DNA from: Candidatus Woesearchaeota archaeon | Lineage (GTDB): Archaea > Nanobdellota > Nanobdellia > Woesearchaeales > SKIA01 | Assembly: GCA_046704725.1 (NCBI GenBank) | Contig: JBJKRI010000007.1 | Location: 1-64,000, forward strand | DNA length: 64,000 bases | Direction: 5' to 3' | Notes under the pieces: model-generated | The model's input: the letters and a program-made list of their open reading frames with translations, nothing else | Told to the model about the DNA's origin: nothing | The model's database searches: none | Part shown: one piece after another, positions 9,439 through 19,691 of the stretch | Layout of the letters: the number at the start of each line of letters is the position of its first letter | Position numbering within the stretch: the stretch's first letter is position 1 | Made by a program: the position numbers and the translations under genes

Positions 9439-10011
9439 TCAGTACGGCGTGCCTTTCTTGCGCTGGACGGCCATGGCTTCCATGTACCATTCGAACTCGT
9501 TGAGCATGCGGTCCAATCGCTGGTTGTAGGCCTCGTCGGTGAGCGAGCCGTCCTCGGCGAAGGTCTCGCGGATCTTCGTGACGGCGAGGCTGATGGGGAT
9601 AGCCGGCGCGCCGATCTCCGCGCACACCGCGCGCAATGGGTCGGCCGCGCGCACGCCGCCGAACGAGCCGTTGCTGTAGGTGACGATCGCGTACGGCTTG
9701 AAGAAGTACTCCTCGAGGAAGCAGTCCATCGCGTTCTTGAGCGCCCCCGAGTAGCTATGGTTGTACTCCGGCGTGACCGCGACGTATCCGTCGCTCTCTT
9801 TCACCCAGCGCTGCACCTCGGTGTAGTCCTCGCTCGGCTCCTGCTTGTACTTGTAGCGCGCCCGCATCACGAGGAGGTCCTCGTGCTCGAGCGGGTCGAG
9901 CAGGTGCACGGTGTGCCCGCGCTGCGACAGTCGCGTGGCCACCCATTCGGCCACCTTCCTGCCGTGCCGTTGCTGTCTGACCGAGCCGACGAAGACGGTG
10001 ATGATTGCCAT
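9439..10011 (-). CDS. NADPH-dependent FMN reductase
   Basis: GSVR, TPEYNHSYSGALKNAMD. Confidence 0.93.
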   Translation of the reverse strand: MAIITVFVGSVRQQRHGRKVAEWVATRLSQRGHTVHLLDPLEHEDLLVMRARYKYKQEPSEDYTEVQRWVKESDGYVAVTPEYNHSYSGALKNAMDCFLEEYFFKPYAIVTYSNGSFGGVRAADPLRAVCAEIGAPAIPISLAVTKIRETFAEDGSLTDEAYNQRLDRMLNEFEWYMEAMAVQRKKGTPY

Positions 10012-10122
10012 TCTCGAAACGGGCAGGGAGTGGTTTAAATGATTTGTGCAGGAGGTTTTCCGTCGGACCGAATAACCGGAACCTATATAAACAGAGGATT
10101 CGCCTTTTGAAACGAGCATACC

Positions 10123-10521
10123 ATGGTCAAGAATTTCCTGAGCGGCTTGAGAAAGCGATTCGATGTTTCATCCGATGACGTGGTGCAAGTGGACGAGCAG
10201 TACGTGGAACTGTCGTCCTCTGGCACCAAGAATTTCGACAGCAAGGTCATCGTCCGTCCCTTCGTCCTGGAGGATTTCTCGGACATCAAGACCATCGTCG
10301 ACGCCCTCCGGCAGGGCTACACCATCGCTCTTGTCAACATCGCGCCGCTCAAGGAGAAGGACCTCGTCGAGCTCAAGCGCGCCATCAACAAGCTCAAGAA
10401 GACCGTCGACGCCATCGAGGGCGATATCGCGGGCTTCGGCGACGACTACATCGTCGCGGCTCCGTCGTTCGCGCAGATCTACCGCCCCCCGTCGGGCGGA
10501 AAGTCCGTCGACGAGGAGTAG
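10123..10521 (+). CDS. sepF: Cell division protein SepF
   Basis: DALRQGYTIALVNI...ELKRAINKLKK...GDIAG. Confidence 0.9.
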   Translation: MVKNFLSGLRKRFDVSSDDVVQVDEQYVELSSSGTKNFDSKVIVRPFVLEDFSDIKTIVDALRQGYTIALVNIAPLKEKDLVELKRAINKLKKTVDAIEGDIAGFGDDYIVAAPSFAQIYRPPSGGKSVDEE

Positions 10522-10563
10522 CTGCGCGAAACCCTTAAGAAACGACATGCGTTGTCATGCTGC

Positions 10564-11085
10564 ATGGCCGAAGAGATCGATATCGTCGAGGGCGAGCGCT
10601 GCCCCTATTGCCTCAAGAAGACCTTGACGCTCATGGAGCGCGTCATCGACATCCCGCACTTCGGCCTCACGCATGTCTTCTCCATGGAGTGCCAGGACCC
10701 TGAGTGCGGCTATCACATGTCGGACGTCGAGTCCGACGAGAACCGCAAGCCCATGAAAGAGACGTTCGAGGTCTCTTCCGAGGACGACCTGCGCGTGCGC
10801 GTCGTCAAGAGCAGCGCGGCGACCGTCAAGATCCCGCGCATGGTCGAGATCACTCCCGGTCCCGACAGCAACGGCTATGTCACCAACGTGGAGGGCGTGC
10901 TCAATCGTTTCAAGAAGGTGCTCGAGGAGCTCACGCACGACGATGATAAGGCCGCGGCCAAGAAGGCCAAAAACCAGCTCAAGAAGCTGCAGCGCGTCCT
11001 GTGGGGTCGCGAGTCCGTCAAGATCATCCTCGAGGACCCGTCGGGGAACAGCGCCTTTATCCGCGAGCCGGGCTCTCCTAATTGA
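10564..11085 (+). CDS. ZPR1 zinc-finger protein
   Basis: CPYC...IPHFG...C..CGY, TNVEGVL, EDPSGNS. Confidence 0.93.
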   Translation: MAEEIDIVEGERCPYCLKKTLTLMERVIDIPHFGLTHVFSMECQDPECGYHMSDVESDENRKPMKETFEVSSEDDLRVRVVKSSAATVKIPRMVEITPGPDSNGYVTNVEGVLNRFKKVLEELTHDDDKAAAKKAKNQLKKLQRVLWGRESVKIILEDPSGNSAFIREPGSPN

Positions 11086-13072
11086 GGAAACGCTCGAAGA
11101 AGGCATAGTGCTCGGCCGCATCCGTGGCGGTTCGCTCGACGCTCTTTCCGTGCCCGTGCCCCGTCCCGGTCTCGACACGGAGCAGTATCGGCGCTTTTCC
11201 CGTCGTCCTCTCGCGCACCAATGCAGTCATCTTCATGGCGTGGAAGGGATCCACGCCGCGGTCGTCGCCGAGGCTCGTCACGAACAGCGACGCTGGATAC
11301 GCAATCTTCTGCACGTGATGGTAGGGCGAATAGGCGTACAGCCAGTCGAACTCCTTCTCGTCATCAGGATCGCCGTACTCTCCAGTCCAGAAAGCTCCTC
11401 CTTCGGTGAGATTGAATCGCAGCATGTCCAGCAACGGCACGTCCGAGCACACGGCGTCCCACAGGTCCGGACGCTGCACGAGCATCGCTCCGGCGAGCAG
11501 CCCGCCGTTGCTGCCTCCCCAAACGCCCAATCTGGACGCGGTCTTCTTCCGCAATTCCTCTCCCACGGCTATGCAATCGTCGAACGAGTTCTGCTTGTGC
11601 TCTCTCCGACCATTCTCGTGCCAGTCCCTGCCGAACTCGCCGCCGCCGCGCAGATTCGCGACCACGTACACGCCGCCGCGCTCCAGCCACGGCAGCATGC
11701 CGGGGTCGTATTGCGGTGTGAGGCTCACGCCGAAGCCGCCGTACGCGTATAGGATGGTGGGCGCCGGCAGCACGGTCTTCTCCGCTCGTATCAGGAAGTA
11801 GGGTACGCGCGTGCCGTCCTTGGAGGTGCAGCTATGCCGTTCGGTGACGAATCGTTCCGTGCTCACCTCTGCGTTATGGTACACCAAATCGCTGTCGTGC
11901 GAGTCGCAGTGGTAGCGGTACACCTGCAATGGTTCGGTGAACGATGTCCGGGTGTAGAACAATGCGTCGTGCTCGATGCTCCCCATCACCGTCGACAGGC
12001 TGCCGATGCCTTCCGGAGATACTTCCGTGCGGAGCGTGCCTTCCGCGTCGTAGTGGCTGAGCGTGACCTGCGCGTCCTTCTCCCGCGTCACGAACACGTT
12101 CGTCCCATGCACGCTGAAGTCCTCGATGGGAGCGTCCTCGGCGATGATGGTCTCCCACTCATCGATGCTCGTGTCTAGCGTGCCCTTGCAGATGCGTCCG
12201 TTCGGCGCGTCGAGATCCGTTTGCACGTACAGGACGCCCTTCTCGATGATGGGCTCGTACATCGCGTGCGCTGTCGTGAGCGCCACTGCCTTTCCGTCCT
12301 TCGGGTCGTAGCGGTACAGCGAGGTCTTGGTCATGTCGTGGAAGACGATGATGACTGCCCGGCCGTCATCACCAACGTCCGCCACCGCGCACAGTTCGTC
12401 CGCTTCGAGTGTGTCCCCGAAGACCATCTTGTCCTCCTTCCAGTCCGTTCCGAGCGTGTGGTGGAAGGCCTTGCAGTCCGTCTTGGTCAGTGCGTCGGCA
12501 TCCGTGCCCGGAGAGCGCGTGTAGTACACGCCCTTGCAGTCCTTCTCCCAGGTGAATTGCGTGTAGGCAAGCCGCGGCCACTCGTCGGGAAGGTCGGTTC
12601 CCGTCTCGAGGTCACGCAGGCGCCAGCGCGCCCAGTCGCTGCCGTCCGTGGAGAGTCCGTAGGCCATGTGGCTGCCGTCCTCGCTGACGGACACGCCCGC
12701 TATGGCTGTCTGTCCCGTCGGGTCCAGCTCGTTCGGGTCGAGGATGCATTCCGGTTTCCCGTTCGGCCATTCCTGGCACCACAATGTGGCTTGCGCCTGT
12801 CCCTTACTGCGCCGGTAGAAGAAGACACGCTTGCCGTACGCGGAGTAGCCCCCTCGCGTGTCAACGCTGTACACCTCGAGAAGCCGCTTCTGATACGTTT
12901 CGAAGATGCTTGTATGCAGTTCTTCGTCGGTCTGCTCATTGCTCCTCTCTATCCACGCCGTCCGCTCGTCAGAGGGTTTCTCGAGCCAGCGGTACGGGTC
13001 GGATAGCGTCCAGCCATGTATCTTCTCCGTGAACGGCTTTTTCTCGGGCAGCGAACGCATCAAGGGTCGCAT
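11078..13072 (-). CDS. Prolyl oligopeptidase (S9A)
   Basis: DPYRWLE, NLRGGGEFG, GGSNGG nucleophile, GHG. Confidence 0.96.
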   Translation of the reverse strand: MRPLMRSLPEKKPFTEKIHGWTLSDPYRWLEKPSDERTAWIERSNEQTDEELHTSIFETYQKRLLEVYSVDTRGGYSAYGKRVFFYRRSKGQAQATLWCQEWPNGKPECILDPNELDPTGQTAIAGVSVSEDGSHMAYGLSTDGSDWARWRLRDLETGTDLPDEWPRLAYTQFTWEKDCKGVYYTRSPGTDADALTKTDCKAFHHTLGTDWKEDKMVFGDTLEADELCAVADVGDDGRAVIIVFHDMTKTSLYRYDPKDGKAVALTTAHAMYEPIIEKGVLYVQTDLDAPNGRICKGTLDTSIDEWETIIAEDAPIEDFSVHGTNVFVTREKDAQVTLSHYDAEGTLRTEVSPEGIGSLSTVMGSIEHDALFYTRTSFTEPLQVYRYHCDSHDSDLVYHNAEVSTERFVTERHSCTSKDGTRVPYFLIRAEKTVLPAPTILYAYGGFGVSLTPQYDPGMLPWLERGGVYVVANLRGGGEFGRDWHENGRREHKQNSFDDCIAVGEELRKKTASRLGVWGGSNGGLLAGAMLVQRPDLWDAVCSDVPLLDMLRFNLTEGGAFWTGEYGDPDDEKEFDWLYAYSPYHHVQKIAYPASLFVTSLGDDRGVDPFHAMKMTALVRERTTGKAPILLRVETGTGHGHGKSVERTATDAAEHYAFFERFLN

Positions 13073-13133
13073 TGCCCCCAGCATTAGAAGCTTTCGGAAG
13101 GTTTTTGTGCTGACGCCCAAAAAGATCTTCCGG

Positions 13134-13529
13134 ATGGATGAGGACCTGGTGTACGAGAAGACGCTCGCCGCTCTCCGCCGGGCAGAGGGGATGGTCCATC
13201 GGGTCGAGTACGTCCCGGGAAGGCCGTGGAAAGTCTACGTGGATACGGGAGGTCGAATCGCTCGCGAGGTCTGGGAGGATCTTCCCTTGGTGGAGAACAA
13301 TCCCTACAGACGGCATCCCTTTCCGCCAGAGGTGATCGACGCCCTGCTCAGAGTTCCTCAAGGGAAGCGCGATTCTGGTCGGATAGGCGTCCAGTATAGG
13401 AAGGGCGTCCCTGCAAAAACCATCGTGGATGCCATCGAACGGGCTCGCCGCCGAGCGGCAGAGCAAGGAATTCCCCCCATCGTCTCTTCCGGGCCGGATC
13501 CGAATGCGGAAGCTCCAGCCCTTCCGTGA
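13134..13529 (+). CDS. Hypothetical protein
   Basis: Protein-like ORF MDEDLVYEK...; overlaps a convergent ORF. Confidence 0.5.
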   Translation: MDEDLVYEKTLAALRRAEGMVHRVEYVPGRPWKVYVDTGGRIAREVWEDLPLVENNPYRRHPFPPEVIDALLRVPQGKRDSGRIGVQYRKGVPAKTIVDAIERARRRAAEQGIPPIVSSGPDPNAEAPALP

Positions 13530-13719
13530 GTCCCTGGCTCTTGAAGACCTCTTCTACCCAGTCCACCGTCGCCGGATCGATGCTCGGAGGTATCCAACCC
13601 CGCAGTATGACGTATCTCCCTTCGGTGCGATTGAGCCCCGCTATCGGGAGGAGGTTGTCGGGGTCGTACACGACGCGGTAATCCCCGGTCACGCGCACTT
13701 CCAGGAGGGCTTTGTTCAT
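13348..13719 (-). CDS. Hypothetical protein
   Basis: ORF just downstream of rps10; 3' part overlaps the opposite-strand ORF. Confidence 0.4.
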   Translation of the reverse strand: MNKALLEVRVTGDYRVVYDPDNLLPIAGLNRTEGRYVILRGWIPPSIDPATVDWVEEVFKSQGLTEGLELPHSDPARKRRWGEFLALPLGGEPVRWHPRWFLQGRPSYTGRLSDQNRASLEEL

Positions 13720-13770
13720 GGTTCCGGGAGAATAGCAGAGAATAAAAGGATAAGGAAAAAGAACTGGACC

Positions 13771-14079
13771 TCAGTCCATCATCTCGATCTCGATGTTGAG
13801 CCCTTCGGGGATCTGGACGCGCATCACCAGTCGGAGGGCGCGCTCGTCGACCCCGAGGTCGATCAGGCGCTTGTGGATGCGCATCTCGTAGCGCTCCCAC
13901 GTCGCGGTCCCTTCTCCGTCCGGGCTCTTTCGGGTCGTCAGTTGCAATCGCTTCGTCGGCAGGGGGATCGGCCCGCGGATGTCGACTCCGGTCTTCTCGC
14001 TGATGTCCTTGATGTACTCGCAGACCTGGTTGACCTTGTCTATATCCGCGCTGGCGATCTTTATCCGTGCCTTGGGCAT
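13771..14079 (-). CDS. rps10: 30S ribosomal protein S10 (uS10)
   Basis: [24 protein letters not shown]. Confidence 0.98.
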   Translation of the reverse strand: MPKARIKIASADIDKVNQVCEYIKDISEKTGVDIRGPIPLPTKRLQLTTRKSPDGEGTATWERYEMRIHKRLIDLGVDERALRLVMRVQIPEGLNIEIEMMD

Positions 14080-14091
14080 TGTCTTGACTCC

Positions 14092-15369
14092 TTACTTCTT
14101 CGTGAGCGAGATGCACATGCCTGCCGCCACCGTCTGACCGGAGTCTCGGATGGCGAAGCGCGCCATGTGCGGGTTGTCCTTCTGCGTCTCGATCACGAGC
14201 GGCTGGACCGGCTTGCAGACGACGATCGCGGCGTCTCCGTTCTTGATGAAGTCCGGATTCTCCTCGAGGGTCTCTCCTGTCGCCGGGTTCAGCTTCTTCT
14301 TGATCGCGGTGATCGTGCACGCCTTCTGGTCCGTGTGGATGTGGAAGACGGGCGTGTAGCCAACGGTCATGACGCTGGGGTGGTTGAGGACCACGATCTG
14401 GGCCTCGAACTCCTGCGCGACCGACGGCGGCGCGTCCTGGGGTCCGATGACGTCCCCTCGTGCCACGTCCTTCTTGCCGAATCCGCGGACGCTGATGCCG
14501 ACGTTGTCGCCGGGCTCTGCCTCCTGGATCTGCGTGTGGTGCATCTCGATGGTCTTGACCTCTCCTTGGACACCGGTCCCTTCACGTCCGGGAACCGCGA
14601 TGACCTTCTGGCCGACCTTCATGACGCCCGTCTCGATCTTGCCGACCGGGACCACGCCGATGCCCGTGATGTTGTAGACATCCTGGATGGGCATGCGCAT
14701 GGGCAGGTCCACCGGCTTCTCGGGCGGGTTGAGGTTGTTGATGGCCTCGAGCAGGGTCTTGTCCGCATAGGGCAGGTTGTCGCTCTTTTTCGCCACGTTG
14801 TCGCCCGGAAGCGACGCGATCGGCACGAACTGCACCTTGTCGGTCTTGAAGCCGACGCTCTGCAGGAGCTTGGTGACCTCGTCCTTGACCTCGTTGTAGC
14901 GCTTCTCGTCGTACTTCATCATGTCCATCTTGTTGATGGCGATGATCATCTGGTCCACGCCGAGCGTGCGCGACAAGAAGACGTGCTCCTTGGTCTGCGC
15001 GTTCACGCCGTCGTTCGCCGCCACCACAAGCACTGCCGCGTCCGCCTGGGACGCGCCGGTGATCATGTTCTTGACGAAGTCCTTGTGTCCGGGAGCGTCG
15101 ATGATGGTGAAGTCGTACTTGTCGGTCTCGAACTTCTTGTGCGCCAGGTCTATTGTGACGCCGCGCTCCTGCTCTTCCTTGAGGTTGTCCATGACATAGG
15201 CGAACTCGAAGCCGACCTTGCCGAGCTCCGATGCCTTGTCCTTGAGCTTCCTGAGCTGTTGCTCGCTGATGTTGCCGGTGTCGAACAAGAGCCGGCCGAC
15301 CGTGGTCGACTTGCCGTGATCGACGTGACCGATGAACACCAGGTTCATGTGTGTCTTGTCCTTTGCCAT
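14092..15369 (-). CDS. tuf: Elongation factor 1-alpha
   Basis: [33 protein letters not shown]. Confidence 0.99.
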   Translation of the reverse strand: MAKDKTHMNLVFIGHVDHGKSTTVGRLLFDTGNISEQQLRKLKDKASELGKVGFEFAYVMDNLKEEQERGVTIDLAHKKFETDKYDFTIIDAPGHKDFVKNMITGASQADAAVLVVAANDGVNAQTKEHVFLSRTLGVDQMIIAINKMDMMKYDEKRYNEVKDEVTKLLQSVGFKTDKVQFVPIASLPGDNVAKKSDNLPYADKTLLEAINNLNPPEKPVDLPMRMPIQDVYNITGIGVVPVGKIETGVMKVGQKVIAVPGREGTGVQGEVKTIEMHHTQIQEAEPGDNVGISVRGFGKKDVARGDVIGPQDAPPSVAQEFEAQIVVLNHPSVMTVGYTPVFHIHTDQKACTITAIKKKLNPATGETLEENPDFIKNGDAAIVVCKPVQPLVIETQKDNPHMARFAIRDSGQTVAAGMCISLTKK

Positions 15370-15592
15370 AGTGAGTGAAACCCTCCGTAGGTTCGTGTTC
15401 TCGGCGAACACGGGTTTGTTTATAAAGGTTCCCTCTCATATCATACCCTTCCAGCGGTTCCAGAGCGCGTGCACGCCGCGTCTGTCAAGAAAACGGATAC
15501 GTTTCGCGTCTGTTCTCGGCAGTGATTCCTAAGCTATTTATACCCCGCAGTCAATAGTGTTCTGCGTCGTTCTGCGGCGCAGGTGAAACGAG

Positions 15593-16894
15593 ATGAAAAT
15601 CACAGTGCTATTAGCATGCCTTGCGCTGCTCTTCGCTCCATTGGTCCTCGCGGACGGTGGTGGAGACGCGCATACAGGAGTGCAGGCGACAGCGACGGCG
15701 AATCTTCCCCCGTTGCGCGTCCACACGATGAATGACAACAGAACGAGCAACGACAGCGGTAACGGCTCTCGCCAGCAGCTCATCGAGCGGTATCAGCAAG
15801 AGCGCCAGAACCTGCAGCAGCAGTTCAGGAGCAAGCTCATGGAGGCCTCCAAACTCAATTTCGAGCGCAGGCAGGTCCTGAGCCAGGCCCGGCAGCAATA
15901 CCTGCAGTCCATGCAGCAGACGCGCACGGAGTACGAGCAGGAGCTCTCCTCATTCCACGATGACCAGAACGCCTTCCTGCAGCTCAAGACCCATCTCCAG
16001 AAGTGCGAGCAGCAGAACGGCACGAACAGCTCGTCGTGCACCGACCTGCGCGCGAACGTGACCATCAAGGCCCGTCAGAGCCTGACCCACGCCATCGACG
16101 CGCTCATCAAGAACATGCAGACCCTGCAGGCGCGCGCGAACGCCTCTACCAGCCTGAACGACTCGCAGGTCTCGGCGATCGTGAACATGACCAACAGTAT
16201 CATCACGCGTGCGCAAGCATTGAAGACCAACGTGTCCTCCGCCCAGAACGGCCAGGACATCGCGGCGGACGCCAAACAGCTCGCCGCCCTCCTCAAGGAG
16301 GCCCGCGGAAGGAGCGACCTCGCCCGCGCGCGTATCGACGGTGAGGAGCTGTGGACAGGCCTCAAGCAGGCCGAGCGCCTCGACGCGCAGTTCAACTGCT
16401 CGACGAACGCGACCGTGAACGGCTCCGCCTTCGTCGGCCACGTCGCCACCGCGCAGCAAGCGCTCTTGGACGCACGCAACGCGTACAACGAGAACGACAC
16501 GGAAGGCGCCCGCGGCAACTTCTCGCTCGCCCGTACCGAGCTCGAGGATGCCCGCCAGACCGCTATCCAGACGCTCTCGCAATTGCGCCAGGAGCACCGC
16601 GGTCTCTCTGACTGTCGTGTCGCCGTGCGCAACGACGACTTCAGCAACAGCAACCTGGGCCATGAGATCGAGCTGCCCGAGAACGAGACAGAGCACTCCG
16701 AGCACAGCGGCGCTGACCTGAACTCGTCCGAGCACGAGCACTCCTCCGAGCACACGAACACCACGGAGAACAGCTCTGAAACGATGCACAACGAGACGAA
16801 CAGCACGGACAACAGTCCCGACATGAACACGACGAACAGCACGGGGAACAGCACCGACATGAACACGACGAACAGCACGGGAGGCGACCAATGA
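15593..16894 (+). CDS. Secreted helical/coiled-coil glycoprotein with low-complexity tail
   Basis: Signal peptide, Q-rich helices, many NxS/T sequons. Confidence 0.8.
   Translation: MKITVLLACLALLFAPLVLADGGGDAHTGVQATATANLPPLRVHTMNDNRTSNDSGNGSRQQLIERYQQERQNLQQQFRSKLMEASKLNFERRQVLSQARQQYLQSMQQTRTEYEQELSSFHDDQNAFLQLKTHLQKCEQQNGTNSSSCTDLRANVTIKARQSLTHAIDALIKNMQTLQARANASTSLNDSQVSAIVNMTNSIITRAQALKTNVSSAQNGQDIAADAKQLAALLKEARGRSDLARARIDGEELWTGLKQAERLDAQFNCSTNATVNGSAFVGHVATAQQALLDARNAYNENDTEGARGNFSLARTELEDARQTAIQTLSQLRQEHRGLSDCRVAVRNDDFSNSNLGHEIELPENETEHSEHSGADLNSSEHEHSSEHTNTTENSSETMHNETNSTDNSPDMNTTNSTGNSTDMNTTNSTGGDQ
16799..16881 (+). repeat. 36-bp coding tandem repeat (NST.NS.DMNTT, ~2.3 copies)
   Basis: aacagcacgg..aacag..ccgacatgaacacgacg repeated. 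Confidence 0.85.
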
Positions 16895-17112
16895 GATACG
16901 CCATACTCGCCCTGGCCGTCGTCGGACTCTTCGTGCTCGCGGGATGCCAGCACGCCGCGCCCACCGCTCCCGCGCAGAACACGGGCAGCCAGGGCGCTCC
17001 CTCGCCCAGCGCGGGCCAGCCGGCGCAGGCGACGAACCCAGGCATCACGGTAGCGAACACGACCAACGACAGCCTCGGAGTGAACGTCAACCCCTCAAGC
17101 TATACGTACTGA
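16891..17112 (+). CDS. Small lipoprotein-like protein
   Basis: Lipobox-like VLAGC, P/A-rich; ATGA overlap with upstream gene. Confidence 0.75.
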   Translation: MRYAILALAVVGLFVLAGCQHAAPTAPAQNTGSQGAPSPSAGQPAQATNPGITVANTTNDSLGVNVNPSSYTY

Positions 17113-17142
17113 GGGCGTCTTCCTTTTCTTTTTCCTTTCTTC

Positions 17143-17364
17143 TCACACGGGCAGACAGCACGTGTACGTCTTCGAGAAACAGGTGTAGGCCACATTCGCG
17201 GTGAATCCCGCGGGACAGGTGGGTTGCGAGACGCAGACGCTGCCGTTCTGGTCCCTGCAACGCCCGCGGGGCGTGATGTGCGCGTCATGGTAGACGCTCA
17301 GCCCGAGGATGACGATCAAGAGCAATGCGATCGCCACGATCGCTCCGAGCACCACATGTCGCAT
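17143..17364 (-). CDS. Membrane-anchored miniprotein with beta-defensin-like six-Cys motif
   Basis: TM helix then C-x7-C-x5-C-x11-C-x6-CC. Confidence 0.75.
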   Translation of the reverse strand: MRHVVLGAIVAIALLLIVILGLSVYHDAHITPRGRCRDQNGSVCVSQPTCPAGFTANVAYTCFSKTYTCCLPV

Positions 17365-17402
17365 ACGAGCATCCTATCGGTATGGGATAAGAAGGTTTCG
17401 CC

Positions 17403-19574
17403 TTACTTCGCGTCCAATCCCTTGCGGCTGCGGATCTGTCCGATGATCTTCTGCTGCAGCTCGTCGGGCAGGCGCTCGAAGCTCTGGTCTATCACGGACG
17501 AAGAGCCGCGTCCGCCGGTCGCGCTGCGAAGGTCGTTGGACATGCCGAACATCTCCGCTACCGGGATCTTCGCCTTGATCTGCTGCATGCTGCCCTCGGC
17601 CTGCATGTCGAGCAGTTGTCCGCGCTTGTTCGCTATCAGCTTGCTGATCTCACCAACATACTCTTCGGGAGCGTCGAACAAGAGCGTCTGGACCGGTTCG
17701 TACAGCAACGGCTTCGCCGTCGCCATGGAGGCGCGGATACCGTCCCGCACGGCGGGATACATCTGCGCGGGTCCGCGGTGGATGGCGTCCTCGTGCAGTT
17801 TCGCATCGGTCAACGTGACCATGACTCCTGTGCATGGTTCGTTCGCGATGGGACCTTTCTGCATGACGTCCTCGAACATGTCGTTCACGAGCTCCTGGAT
17901 CTCGCCGATCGCGACGATGCCGCGCGTGCCGTCCACAAGGATGTTGCCGTTGTAGATGTCGCGCACTTTCCTGGACTCGTCAGCGCTCATGCCGGCTTCC
18001 TGCAGGGCTCCCCACAGGTTCTGGTCCTTCTTCTTGACGCGGCCGTCAGGGATGTTGCCGGCCTTGATAGCCGCTTTTAGCTCTTCGGTGAGCGGTTTCG
18101 CGGTGAAGTAGAGGCGGTTGTGCTTGTTGGGCGACTTGCCTTCCGCGGGCCCGGGGCTGTCGCTCGTCACGGTCTCGCGATAGACCACGACCGGCGGCGA
18201 GGTCGTGACCTCTACGCCTTTCTCGGTCTTGATGCGGTTCTCGATGATCTCGAGGTGCAGCTCTCCCATGCCGCTGATGAGGTGCTCTCCAGTCTCCTGG
18301 TTGATCTCGACCCGGATGCCCGGGTCCTCTTTCGTCACTTGGATGAGTACTTCGACGAGCTTGGGCAGGTCGCTCGGGCGCTTGGCCTCGATCGCCTTGG
18401 TGATGACTGGCTCGAAGATGTGCGTGATGGCCTCGAACGGCGTCTGCGGTCCTGTCGTGCAGCTCTCGCCCGGATACGCGTTGCGAAGGCCTGCCACGCC
18501 GATGATGTTGCCGGCCGGGACGTTGTCCACGATCTCTCGCTTCGAGCCGTTGTAGATGAAGACCTGCTGGACCCTGCTCTCCACGTTCGCGCGGTTCAGG
18601 TGCAGTGCCTCCCCTTTCTTGATGGTCCCGCTGAACAATCGTCCGGCGCAGATCTCTCCGGCCTGCGGGTCGATGACGATCTTGGTGATGACGAAAGCCG
18701 TCGGCCCTTTCGGGTCGGCGTTGACCAGGCTCTGCCCGAAGGGGCTGTCGATCTCTCCGCGCCAGATCTTCGGGATGCGGTACTTCTGCGCCACGACCGG
18801 GTTTGGCAGGTGCTTGATGACCGCGTTGAGCACGACCTCGTGGATGGGCGCTTTCTTCGCGAGCGCTCTCTTGTCCTCGTCCTGCCCGGACGAGTACGCG
18901 TCGATGATGTCCTGGAAGGTAATGCCTTTCTCCTGCATGTAGTCGATGGACAATGCCCAGTTGTGGAAGGCGCTGCCGAAGCACACGCTGCCGTCCTGGA
19001 CGTTGACCTGCCACTTGTCGCCGTACTCCTCTTCGGCGAGCTGCTTGATCTTCCTGTTCACGGCGGTTATCTGCTTGACGAAACGCTCCTGCATCTGCTG
19101 GGGCGTGAGTTGCAGTTCCTTGATGAGCCGGTCCACCTTGTTGATGAACAAGATAGGCTTGACGCGCTCCCGAAGCGCCTGTCGCAGGACGGTCTCCGTC
19201 TGGGGCATGATGCCCTCGACCGCGCACACGAGCACGATGCAGCCGTCCACCGCGCGCATGGCCCGTGTCACGTCGCCGCCGAAGTCCACGTGTCCGGGCG
19301 TGTCGATGAGGTTGATGAGGAAGTCCTTGTCCTTGACGCGGTGGACCATGCTGACCGCCGCGCTGTCGATGGTGATTCCGCGCGCCGCCTCGTCCTCGTG
19401 GAAGTCGAGCTGCCGTGCCTTTCCGGCGAGCTCTTCCGACATCATGCCCGCTCCCGAGAGCAGGTTGTCCGAGAACGTCGTCTTTCCGTGGTCGATATGC
19501 GCTGCGATCGCGATGTTCCGGATCTGCTCAGGCTTGTCAGACACGGTCATCACGCGTTCACTCATCTTTGCCAT
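17403..19574 (-). CDS. fusA: Elongation factor 2
   Basis: AHIDHGKTT, DTPGHVDF, HEDAIHRG diphthamide loop. Confidence 0.99.
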   Translation of the reverse strand: MAKMSERVMTVSDKPEQIRNIAIAAHIDHGKTTFSDNLLSGAGMMSEELAGKARQLDFHEDEAARGITIDSAAVSMVHRVKDKDFLINLIDTPGHVDFGGDVTRAMRAVDGCIVLVCAVEGIMPQTETVLRQALRERVKPILFINKVDRLIKELQLTPQQMQERFVKQITAVNRKIKQLAEEEYGDKWQVNVQDGSVCFGSAFHNWALSIDYMQEKGITFQDIIDAYSSGQDEDKRALAKKAPIHEVVLNAVIKHLPNPVVAQKYRIPKIWRGEIDSPFGQSLVNADPKGPTAFVITKIVIDPQAGEICAGRLFSGTIKKGEALHLNRANVESRVQQVFIYNGSKREIVDNVPAGNIIGVAGLRNAYPGESCTTGPQTPFEAITHIFEPVITKAIEAKRPSDLPKLVEVLIQVTKEDPGIRVEINQETGEHLISGMGELHLEIIENRIKTEKGVEVTTSPPVVVYRETVTSDSPGPAEGKSPNKHNRLYFTAKPLTEELKAAIKAGNIPDGRVKKKDQNLWGALQEAGMSADESRKVRDIYNGNILVDGTRGIVAIGEIQELVNDMFEDVMQKGPIANEPCTGVMVTLTDAKLHEDAIHRGPAQMYPAVRDGIRASMATAKPLLYEPVQTLLFDAPEEYVGEISKLIANKRGQLLDMQAEGSMQQIKAKIPVAEMFGMSNDLRSATGGRGSSSVIDQSFERLPDELQQKIIGQIRSRKGLDAK

Positions 19575-19691
19575 GGCCCGTCGTGAATCGCGGACGCTTT
19601 TTAAGGATTGTGGGCAGTCTCCGAGGATTTCCTTTCCCGAATGTTTCATAAAGGAGTTCGTATCTCACCCCAATCCGCACGGGGGTACAGA

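Noticed and set aside
13429-15378. 649-aa + strand ORF and similar long antisense ORFs (2880-4256, 18120-19586, 29536-31689, 35681-37231, 38290-39738)
   Set aside because: Antisense shadows of high-GC3 housekeeping genes; no motifs
16690-16881. Repeats that might suggest a CRISPR array
   Set aside because: In-frame coding tandem repeat without unique spacers; no cas genes in the window
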